Positions 56,309 through 64,000 of a DNA stretch of 64,000 bases are shown here, piece by piece. Origin of the DNA: a phage; NCBI GenBank assembly GCA_033759635.1, contig GCA_033759635.1_4528.1. One strand, given 5' to 3'. Made by a program: the position numbers and the translations under genes. The first letter of the stretch is position 1, and the number at the start of each line of letters is the position of its first letter. Below the pieces are notes generated by a model. That model made no database searches, had not been told where the DNA came from, and worked only from the letters and a program-made list of their open reading frames with translations.

Positions 56309-57997
56309 ATGAAAAAAGCTGTTATTCTTGGTGCTGGATTAGCAACTCGTTTATATCCAATTACTCACCATATTCCTAAGGTGCTTGTTAACTATAAACA
56401 AGACACTATTCTGAGCAATTTGTATACAATTTATTCTGACCTTGGCGCAGATGAAATTATTGTAGTAGTTCATTCAAAATTTGCTGAAACTGTTCGAGCT
56501 TATTGTGAGCAAGAAGGGTTCAATGTGACTATTCGTACAGTTGATGAAGCGTATGGTTCTGCTTATGCTCTTGCTAAATTACACAAAGATTTAGACGGCC
56601 ATAACGTAATTGTTAACTGGTGTGATATTATTCCTGATTTTGGTTCATGGTCTTGGAATGTTAACGCAATCTATGTTAAGGGTGATGAATGTCGATATAA
56701 TTTCGATGGTGAAAATATCACTAACGTAGGTTCAACTGGTGGTAATGTTGTAGGAATTTATCAGTTCAAAGACTGGGAATTCTATATGGGTTCTACTGAT
56801 GAGGAAATTCATGAATACTGCAAAGGACGTGATTTCGTAGAATTCCTTTACAGCGGCGCATTCAATAAATCAGAGCTTATGAATATCATCGACCTTGGTG
56901 ATATGCCTAAACTTGAAAAAGCTCATGAAGTTCGTGAACTTAATCGTAGTTTTAATGCAGTTGAAATTGGTGAAGAAACGGTAACAAAGATTGCTTTAAC
57001 AGAACAGGGCGTTGCACTTCAAAAAGATGAAGTCAATTGGTATAAGAAAGTTAAATCAGATTCAGTTCCACGGATTGTAAGTTATCATCCTGGCGGCCAC
57101 TTTATTATGGAACGCATTAAAGGTAAGCCGGCATTTGAATATATTAAATCCAAATCAAGTCTTGCTCGTCCACAAATTGTTGATGCAATTTTAGATGCAC
57201 TGAAATTCAGCACAGACATGTATTTTGTAAGTCCTGAAACTGTTCGTCGTGATTTCACTAAAGAATTCTATACGAAAGTTATTGATCGTTGTGAAAGTAT
57301 TCAACCATTGATTGATTCATTTGGTAAAATCACACATGTGAACTACACTAAGATTGGACGTCTGAAGCCAATGCTGAAGCAAGCTTTAGAACATCTTATT
57401 CGTTATCATACCCGTTCTCAGGGACAGTACTCTGTTATTCATGGTGACCCGAACTTCAGTAATACTATGATTACTGATAACGGCGAAGTCAAGTTTATCG
57501 ACCCTCGTGGATATTTTGGCGAAACCAAGATTTACGGGCCAAAATTGTACGATGAAGCTAAAGTGCTTTATGCTGTTTCAGGTTATGATGAATTCAATGC
57601 TAATCCGACCTGGGGACAGTTTACTATTGATGAAACAACTTGTAATGTGACTATTAACATCAATCCATTAATTTACAAATATGGAAAGATGAGTTCGTTT
57701 AACGAGTATCATCATTTGGCGGTGGCAATTATCTGGATTGCATTAGGTGGTTATTTCAAGAATAATCCACTTAAAGCGGTAGCCGCATATTATAAAGGTA
57801 TGGAACTTCTGACTAAGCAATTACGCAACATGGGCCGTGTACTTCAAGACGGCTCTATTAGTTATGACGTAGCAGGACCTGTAACGGCTACTCTGATTAC
57901 AAAAAATCCTGGTAAATGGGTACTAACTGATAAAGAAACTGGTGTTTCCTATCGTCCAATCGGTGGCGATATCACTCATCAATGGGAACGAATCTAA
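56309..57997 (+). CDS. bifunctional sugar-1-phosphate nucleotidyltransferase / sugar kinase (protein-kinase-like fold)
   Basis: N-terminus ILGAGLATRLYPITHHIPKVLV matches the RmlA/GlmU-type G-x-G-x-R...K motif; C-terminal half has the Brenner motif HGDPNFSN and the IDPRG metal-binding motif of APH/choline-kinase-type kinases; 562 aa. Confidence 0.65.
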   Translation: MKKAVILGAGLATRLYPITHHIPKVLVNYKQDTILSNLYTIYSDLGADEIIVVVHSKFAETVRAYCEQEGFNVTIRTVDEAYGSAYALAKLHKDLDGHNVIVNWCDIIPDFGSWSWNVNAIYVKGDECRYNFDGENITNVGSTGGNVVGIYQFKDWEFYMGSTDEEIHEYCKGRDFVEFLYSGAFNKSELMNIIDLGDMPKLEKAHEVRELNRSFNAVEIGEETVTKIALTEQGVALQKDEVNWYKKVKSDSVPRIVSYHPGGHFIMERIKGKPAFEYIKSKSSLARPQIVDAILDALKFSTDMYFVSPETVRRDFTKEFYTKVIDRCESIQPLIDSFGKITHVNYTKIGRLKPMLKQALEHLIRYHTRSQGQYSVIHGDPNFSNTMITDNGEVKFIDPRGYFGETKIYGPKLYDEAKVLYAVSGYDEFNANPTWGQFTIDETTCNVTININPLIYKYGKMSSFNEYHHLAVAIIWIALGGYFKNNPLKAVAAYYKGMELLTKQLRNMGRVLQDGSISYDVAGPVTATLITKNPGKWVLTDKETGVSYRPIGGDITHQWERI

Positions 57998-58383
57998 TGC
58001 ACCGTGTAGAAAACATGCTTAATCTTTGTTTTGATGTCGATGATTGTATAACAGAGTGGAATAACAATCGTGATTACGTGAACTTCAAACCAGACGTCGA
58101 AATGGTGTCTGCCATTAATGCCCTGTATGATGCAGGGCATACCATAACGCTTTACACTGCTCGTGGTATGAAGTCAGTAGGTCCTGGTCGTATAGCAATT
58201 GACATTCTCCCAAGTCTGATTCAGAACTTGGCAAACATTGGCTTGAAGTACCATAATTTGCTAACACATAAACCAGTATATGATTGGATTATCGACGACA
58301 AAGCTATGCGTCCTGACGAATTCAAAGCTCTTATGAATAAAGGCGAATTCGAAACATTTAAATCATATAAACCGAATCTATAA
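57997..58383 (+). CDS. HAD-superfamily phosphatase
   Basis: ORF 57982..58383 trimmed to the TAATG-coupled Met; HAD motif I FDVDDCIT, motif II LYTARG, motif IV IIDDKA. Confidence 0.6.
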   Translation: MHRVENMLNLCFDVDDCITEWNNNRDYVNFKPDVEMVSAINALYDAGHTITLYTARGMKSVGPGRIAIDILPSLIQNLANIGLKYHNLLTHKPVYDWIIDDKAMRPDEFKALMNKGEFETFKSYKPNL

Positions 58384-58437
58384 TAATTTAAGTAAGACCT
58401 GCAAAAACCATCGCATCAATTAACGCGAGATGCAAAA

Positions 58438-59598
58438 ATGAATACTTTTAAAATCGGAACGAATTTTGATTTAGCTCTTCTTGATAAAATCGTAGAGCTC
58501 AATAAAACTTATCCTAATAGCTTGATAAACGAAGTATACGGCTCTACAAGAGAAATGGCTTTTGTAGCAGCCAGACCTGATTTTAGGCTTCCTGACGTTG
58601 ACAAAAAGATGTTAGAAGATTACGTTAAACGTTGTAACGAATTAGGTATTTGCTTTAACTATACACTCAACACGATAAATCCTGGTTCAAAAAGAGAACT
58701 AGTCGAGTGGAAGAAGAAAGCTATTCAGGATTATGTTCAGTATCTTTGGTCAATAGGCGTATGGCGTATTACTATCGCTAACCCTGTTGTTATGGAAATT
58801 GTTCGTGAAGTCAATAAAGACATTGAGATTGAAGTTTCAACAATTCTACATGTCGATGCTGTAACTCAAATAAAATACTTACATGACCAATACAATATCA
58901 AAAAGGTCTGCTGTGGAATTCATAAGAACCGTTCAGTTTCTTTCCTGAAGCGTGCAGCAGAGTTTTGCAATAAGAACAATATAATATTTGAAGTTCTTGT
59001 AAATGAGTTCTGTTCTAATGCTGGTAAAGGGTATACAACACATTGTAGTTATCGTGACTCTTGCTATATTTTCCATAGTACTGATGTTACAGCTGATGAT
59101 GCTAAATCCTTAAATGGATATCCAATGCAACACTGCATTAAAGCTCGTGATACAGACCCATTTAACTGGTTGAGAACTCGTTTTGTTCGTCCTCAAGATT
59201 TGAAACTTTATAATGATATTGGTATCACTCAATTCAAAGTTTCAGGACGTACAGGTAGCACAGACTACATTTTGAAAGTTCTTGAAGCATACGCTTCTGA
59301 AAAGTTTGAAGGTAATTTGTTAGAACTGTGGAAGCCTTTAGAGACTATTTTCACTCTTGAAAATGAAACTGAGTTTTCACATACAGTAAATATTGAAACC
59401 TCTTTGTTAGATGGCTTTTTAGAAAAAAGGTGGTTCAGACATCCAGATTTTGATTGTGCTAATGAAATCTGTGGATCAACGTGTACATATTGTGAAAGAT
59501 ATTATAAACGTCAATTATCTAAAAACGGGTTAGCAGAAAACTCTATATCTATTATTGATATAACTAACTCTGATGACGCTCTGAGGTACCCGGAATGA
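58438..59598 (+). CDS. Cys-rich protein, possibly peptidase-U32-family-like Fe-S enzyme
   Basis: 386 aa; clusters EFCSNAGKGYTTHCSYRDSCY and CANEICGSTCTYCERYY; the U32 resemblance is by eye only. Confidence 0.3.
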   Translation: MNTFKIGTNFDLALLDKIVELNKTYPNSLINEVYGSTREMAFVAARPDFRLPDVDKKMLEDYVKRCNELGICFNYTLNTINPGSKRELVEWKKKAIQDYVQYLWSIGVWRITIANPVVMEIVREVNKDIEIEVSTILHVDAVTQIKYLHDQYNIKKVCCGIHKNRSVSFLKRAAEFCNKNNIIFEVLVNEFCSNAGKGYTTHCSYRDSCYIFHSTDVTADDAKSLNGYPMQHCIKARDTDPFNWLRTRFVRPQDLKLYNDIGITQFKVSGRTGSTDYILKVLEAYASEKFEGNLLELWKPLETIFTLENETEFSHTVNIETSLLDGFLEKRWFRHPDFDCANEICGSTCTYCERYYKRQLSKNGLAENSISIIDITNSDDALRYPE

Positions 59599-59834
59599 TT
59601 TCTAGAAAAACTTTTAATCACCAACTTAATGAAGAGATTTTGACTATTAAACTGAACACTAACGAACAAATTCTTAAAAAGGCCCTTATGGGCCTGTTTG
59701 AAACTAAAGCGGCTAAAGCGATTAAAGAACCTGTTCAACTAGAATACTATGCCGACGCATTCCTTCATAGTGTCCTTGGAAGTATTGATGCCGAAGCTCT
59801 ACGTTATATCAACATCGCTAAGAAATTCAAATAA
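59595..59834 (+). CDS. hypothetical protein
   Basis: 79-aa ORF, ATGA-coupled. Confidence 0.45.
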   Translation: MISRKTFNHQLNEEILTIKLNTNEQILKKALMGLFETKAAKAIKEPVQLEYYADAFLHSVLGSIDAEALRYINIAKKFK

Positions 59835-59875
59835 GCTTTATGAATTGAGTATATAATAACTGTATTGAGGTAAAC

Positions 59876-60592
59876 ATGGGAAAACATAACACAATGAAAT
59901 ATATTAAAGCCGCAGATTTTCAATCCGCATTTAAAGCTGTCAATCGTGAAATTTTAGAAAACCCGGAATTCGTAACTGATTCTCGTATTGGACGTTGTAA
60001 TGAAATTGGGTCTATGACAGTAGTTGTTGACACTCCATCATCATTCAAAATGACCGACCCACGTATTAATCGCATCTCTTATGAATATGCTGAAGATTTC
60101 TGGAAGTTTATGATTTCTGGTGGTACTGATGCAGAAGAAGCATTTAAGGCATATCCTAATGTCGCTAAATTTATTTCTAAACCAAAATCAGATGTTTTGC
60201 CTGCAAACTTCAACACTTTCTACGGTCCTCGCATTGCGGCCCAATTACCAGCTCTTCTAAAAGAACTTAAAGAGAAACCTAACTCTCGAAGAGTTGTGTT
60301 CCAAATTCTAGAAAGTTCTGATCAGGCTTTGCTTGATTCGGACGAAACACTTGAATATCCATGTACTGACTCGGTAACTTATTATATTCGTGATGGTAAG
60401 CTTTATACTCACTGTCATATGCGTTCCCAGAACTGTGCTGTTGTTATGCAGTTGGATTTTTATCTCCAAGGAAAATTACTTCATTATATCGCTAACGAAT
60501 GTGGTGTAGAAGTTGGTGATTATACTCATACCATGGTAAGTGCCCATGTGTTTGAACGTGATTTTGATTATGTTAAAGGATTCCTTGACTAA
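59876..60592 (+). CDS. 42: thymidylate-synthase-fold pyrimidine hydroxymethylase (gene 42-like dCMP hydroxymethylase)
   Basis: 238 aa; RRVVFQIL and EYPCTDSVTYY...HCHMRSQN resemble the TS/dCMP-hydroxymethylase active-site region; sits between 43 and uvsX like T4 gene 42; lacks the TS-specific GPVYG motif. Confidence 0.55.
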   Translation: MGKHNTMKYIKAADFQSAFKAVNREILENPEFVTDSRIGRCNEIGSMTVVVDTPSSFKMTDPRINRISYEYAEDFWKFMISGGTDAEEAFKAYPNVAKFISKPKSDVLPANFNTFYGPRIAAQLPALLKELKEKPNSRRVVFQILESSDQALLDSDETLEYPCTDSVTYYIRDGKLYTHCHMRSQNCAVVMQLDFYLQGKLLHYIANECGVEVGDYTHTMVSAHVFERDFDYVKGFLD

Positions 60593-61491
60593 TGGCTATT
60601 TTCCGCGTACCAATCTTGAGTATGCGGTCTTATGAAACTGGACAGTATGCTATCCTTAAGGATGGCAACTTCCAACTTCATTTGCACCGTGCTAATCCAG
60701 GCGATGTGATTACATATCCACGTAATGCATCTGATATTAAAGAATGTGAACGTCTTTTCCCAGAATTTAAGTTTGTTCCATTATGGTATAAAGATAACGC
60801 GTATAACACTCGTAAATATTTCTGGTCTGAAAATGAATTTGTGGTTGATTCATTAATTGCTTATTATGATTGTGATTTTCTAATCACAGATATCACTGGA
60901 TATGATGGCGCTTTTGACGTAGAATTCAATTTCAATATCACTGCAGACCCTAATAAACCACGTTTTTATATTGATGAATTCTTAAAAACCGACATGTTGT
61001 CTGTTAATCGTTCACTTCAAACTACTGTGTTGAATGAACGTCAAAAAGAAGTGCTGGTTAACGCAGGTGCAGATGGTAATAAGATTATCGTAACGCAGAA
61101 AGTTATACGTCCTTCCGTCATGCAGCGTCTTGTAGGTGATTTGGCTCCTATTCATCTAGATGGTATTTTTCATCCATTTCGAATTAGTGACCCATGCTAT
61201 CGTTTTGAACAAGTTGTTGAATGCGCAATTCAATTAGGTCAACCGCTTTATATAACTGATCCAAATAATAGCTTCGACAGAAATAAGTATCCTGAAGAAG
61301 CGCTGATTCGAATTTTTAATCCAACTAAAACTGAGTACTATCAAATTCTTAAAGGACGTCCGAAGATTCAATATTTCGAAAATCCTGAAGAAGTATTCCA
61401 TCCAGGTCTTGGTGAGTTCATCTACTTTAATGCTTTAATTTCTTCGCCGTATAATATACCTAAATACGAAGATGTCGTAATCGAGGAATAA
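60592..61491 (+). CDS. hypothetical protein in the beta-glucosyltransferase position (candidate DNA glycosyltransferase)
   Basis: 299 aa, ATGA-coupled to the gene-42-like ORF; occupies the slot T4 beta-gt holds; no similarity to T4 beta-gt noticed. Confidence 0.3.
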   Translation: MAIFRVPILSMRSYETGQYAILKDGNFQLHLHRANPGDVITYPRNASDIKECERLFPEFKFVPLWYKDNAYNTRKYFWSENEFVVDSLIAYYDCDFLITDITGYDGAFDVEFNFNITADPNKPRFYIDEFLKTDMLSVNRSLQTTVLNERQKEVLVNAGADGNKIIVTQKVIRPSVMQRLVGDLAPIHLDGIFHPFRISDPCYRFEQVVECAIQLGQPLYITDPNNSFDRNKYPEEALIRIFNPTKTEYYQILKGRPKIQYFENPEEVFHPGLGEFIYFNALISSPYNIPKYEDVVIEE

Positions 61492-61492
61492 A

Positions 61493-62041
61493 ATGGCTAA
61501 AATTATTTTAGTAGATGGCCCGGATAATGCCGGTAAAACAACTTTCATTAATGACATAATGGAAATTAGTGAAAGATATGTAAAGATTGATTTCCCTAAA
61601 CGAACAGTTGATGGACGTTTCGATGTTAAGTCTCGAAATGAAGTTGGTTGTTTCGAAACGATGTTGAATTATTTAGACCCTACTAAGATTTATCTGTTAG
61701 ACCGTGGATATATTAGTAACTGGGTTTATGGACGTATTCGACAAGATGCGGACTCGGTTCTTGACGTTTATGAACAGGACTATGTTCGTCTTTGCCAAAA
61801 CCATGATGTGTTCACAATTATTTTAACACGTAACGAAATGACTGAAAGTTTTGAAGACGACCTTATTACTTTGTCTTCATTCGGTTTTAATACAGTCATT
61901 TCACATTTTGAAGAGTTTGCAATTCATAACAAAATCCAAACATATCAATTACTTAATCATGATGGTGCTAACAAAGTTATAGGATTTAATGCAAGCGAAC
62001 GTAATGGTTTGATTACAGAAATCATCAAATGGGCTCGTTAA
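61493..62041 (+). CDS. thymidylate-kinase-like P-loop nucleotide kinase
   Basis: P-loop VDGPDNAGKTT and DRGY lid-like motif; 182 aa. Confidence 0.5.
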   Translation: MAKIILVDGPDNAGKTTFINDIMEISERYVKIDFPKRTVDGRFDVKSRNEVGCFETMLNYLDPTKIYLLDRGYISNWVYGRIRQDADSVLDVYEQDYVRLCQNHDVFTIILTRNEMTESFEDDLITLSSFGFNTVISHFEEFAIHNKIQTYQLLNHDGANKVIGFNASERNGLITEIIKWAR

Positions 62042-62139
62042 GAGCCATTTAAAGTTTTAAATGCTGTATAACCCTTAGTATATAATCATCTTATCTTTTA
62101 AACATGAGTAAAATATAATGATGCCTATGGAAAAATACA

Positions 62140-63312
62140 ATGTCTGATTTAAAATCTCGTCTGATTAAAGCTTCTACTTCTAAAATGACTGCAGACTTGA
62201 CTAAGTCTAAGCTGTTTAATAATCGTGATGAAGTCCCTACTCGTATTCCGATGTTGAATATTGCACTAGGTGGTGCTCTGAATGCAGGATTGCAATCAGG
62301 CTTGACTATTTTTGCTGCACCTTCTAAACATTTTAAAACATTGTTTGGACTAACTATGGTTGCAGCTTATATGAAGAAATATAAAGATGCAATCTGTTTG
62401 TTCTATGACTCAGAATTCGGTGCTTCAGAATCTTATTTTCGTTCAATGGGTGTCGATTTAGACCGTGTAGTTCATACTCCTATTCAATCTGTCGAACAAC
62501 TTAAAGTTGATATGACTAATCAGCTTGACGCTATTGAACGCGGTGATAAAGTTATTATCTTTATCGATTCAATCGGTAATACTGCATCTAAGAAAGAAAC
62601 CGAAGATGCATTGAACGAGAAAGTCGTAGGTGATATGTCTCGTGCTAAGGCACTTAAATCTCTTTTCCGTATTGTAACTCCTTATCTGACTATTAAAGAT
62701 ATTCCATGTGTTGCAATCAACCATACAGCAATGGAAATCGGCGGATTGTATCCTAAAGAGATTATGGGCGGTGGTACAGGTATTCTTTATTCTGCCAACA
62801 CGGTATTTTTTATCTCTAAACGTCAGGTTAAAGAAGGTACAGAATTGACCGGTTATGACTTCACGTTGAAAGCGGAAAAATCTCGTACAGTTAAAGAGAA
62901 ATCTACTTTCCCGATCACGGTTAATTTTGATGGCGGTATTGACCCATTCAGTGGCTTGTTAGAAATGGCAACTGAAATTGGTTTTGTAGTTAAGCCTAAA
63001 GCCGGGTGGTATGCTCGTGAATTCCTTGACGAAGAAACAGGCGAAATGATTCGTGAAGAGAAATCATGGCGTGCTAAAGCTACTGATTGTGTAGAATTCT
63101 GGGGACCTTTGTTTAAACATAAGCCTTTCCGAGATGCAATTGAAACTAAATATAAACTAGGTGCTATCTCTTCTATTAAAGAAGTTGATGACGCTGTTAA
63201 CGACCTTATTAATTGCAAAGCAACAACTAAAGTTCCTGTTAAAGCTTCTGATGCTCCGTCTGCAGCAGATATTGAAAACGACCTTGACGAAATGGAAGAT
63301 TTCGATGAATAA
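62140..63312 (+). CDS. uvsX: UvsX recombinase (RecA-like)
   Basis: MSDLKSRLIKASTSK..., Walker A PSKHFKT, Walker B IIFIDSIG; 390 aa as T4 UvsX. Confidence 0.95.
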   Translation: MSDLKSRLIKASTSKMTADLTKSKLFNNRDEVPTRIPMLNIALGGALNAGLQSGLTIFAAPSKHFKTLFGLTMVAAYMKKYKDAICLFYDSEFGASESYFRSMGVDLDRVVHTPIQSVEQLKVDMTNQLDAIERGDKVIIFIDSIGNTASKKETEDALNEKVVGDMSRAKALKSLFRIVTPYLTIKDIPCVAINHTAMEIGGLYPKEIMGGGTGILYSANTVFFISKRQVKEGTELTGYDFTLKAEKSRTVKEKSTFPITVNFDGGIDPFSGLLEMATEIGFVVKPKAGWYAREFLDEETGEMIREEKSWRAKATDCVEFWGPLFKHKPFRDAIETKYKLGAISSIKEVDDAVNDLINCKATTKVPVKASDAPSAADIENDLDEMEDFDE

Positions 63313-63646
63313 TCTCGATGATTTAAATCTAGAAATCGTTGATGAATCCCCTTCTTCGGAAGGGGAAGACATTCGCAAAGAACGAGTGTTTAATGAATCT
63401 CTTAAAATTATCCGTTCAGCAATGGAAAATGTCATTCAAGAGATTCTGATTACACTTGAAGACGGTTCTCATCATATAGTCTATATTACAAAACTAGACT
63501 GGGTTGATGGTAAAATCGTAATGGACTTTGCAGTTCTTGACCAGGACAGAAAAGCAGAACTTGCACCACATGTTGAAAAATGTGTTACAATGCAGGTACA
63601 ACAAGCTTTTAATGAACGAACCAAGAAAAAATTTAAATTCTTTTAA
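63305..63646 (+). CDS. 40: head vertex assembly chaperone gp40
   Basis: Internal Met of ORF 63161..63646 overlapping the uvsX stop (MNNLDDLNLEIVDESP...); 113 aa; T4 order uvsX-40-41. Confidence 0.7.
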   Translation: MNNLDDLNLEIVDESPSSEGEDIRKERVFNESLKIIRSAMENVIQEILITLEDGSHHIVYITKLDWVDGKIVMDFAVLDQDRKAELAPHVEKCVTMQVQQAFNERTKKKFKFF

Positions 63647-63655
63647 GGAGTTATC

Positions 63656-64000
63656 GTGGTAGAAATTATTTTGTCTCATCTCGTATATGACCAGGCTTAT
63701 TTTTCTAAGGTCTGGCCTTATATGGATTCTGATTACTTTGAGCGTGGACCGGCAAAAAATGTCTTTAAAATTATAAAGAACCACGTTAACGAATATAACG
63801 CAATGCCATCCATTAATGCATTAAAGGTGGCTTTAGATAACAGTTCTTTAACTGAAGCCGAATATAAAGGAACTTCAGACTTAATTGAAAAATTGGCTGA
63901 TACTCCTGAAGACCACGAATGGTTGGTTAAAGAAACTGAGAAATATGTCCAGCAAAAAGCGATGTATAATGCTACATCCAAAATCATTGAGATTCAGTCT
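63656..64000 (+). CDS. 41: replicative DNA helicase gp41, N-terminal fragment (runs off the right edge)
   Basis: GTG start after GGAG; translation VVEIILSHLVYDQAYFSKVWPYMDSDYFERGPAKN... matches the T4 gp41 N-terminus as recalled. Confidence 0.8.
   Translation, partial: MVEIILSHLVYDQAYFSKVWPYMDSDYFERGPAKNVFKIIKNHVNEYNAMPSINALKVALDNSSLTEAEYKGTSDLIEKLADTPEDHEWLVKETEKYVQQKAMYNATSKIIEIQS

Noticed and set aside
63161-63646. Long ORF 63161..63646 as the gene 40 product.
   Set aside because: Its first 48 codons are low-complexity (LLKKLMTLLTTLL...) and lie inside uvsX; the gp40-like sequence begins at the internal Met at 63305.

Overview
This 64-kb window is a segment of a T4-like (T-even type) myovirus genome, almost entirely coding, with two transcriptional blocks. 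A short minus-strand late block at the left edge encodes baseplate genes (7, 6, 5.4, 5.1, 5, 53). From about 5.4 kb to the right edge everything is on the plus strand: genes 4, 2, 3, 1, 57A, 57B, then a long hyperplastic region of small early genes punctuated by repeated promoter/stem-loop cassettes and repeated terminators. That region holds capsid-targeted internal-protein-like genes, two tRNAs, nudE, lysozyme e, denV, a GrcA-like glycyl-radical cofactor, regB, a macro-domain protein, tk and rI. It is followed by nrdC, endonuclease VII (49), intronless nrdD, nrdG, late sigma factor 55, recombination genes 47/46, a frameshifted GIY-YIG homing-endonuclease gene, the replication core (45, 44, 62, regA, 43), uvsX, 40 and the start of 41. 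The most unusual content lies between gene 43 and uvsX, where T4 carries imm, 42 and beta-gt. Here a KdsD-like SIS sugar-phosphate isomerase, a fused sugar-1-phosphate nucleotidyltransferase/kinase, a HAD phosphatase, a Cys-rich 386-aa protein, a gene-42-like hydroxymethylase, a 299-aa protein in the beta-gt slot and a thymidylate-kinase-like kinase form a candidate module for making an activated non-glucose sugar for DNA hypermodification; the alpha-gt slot between 55 and 47 is empty. All calls come from reading the translations, motifs and synteny by eye; no database search was run. Hand-derived coordinates for RNAs, hairpins and promoters are approximate to within a few bases.
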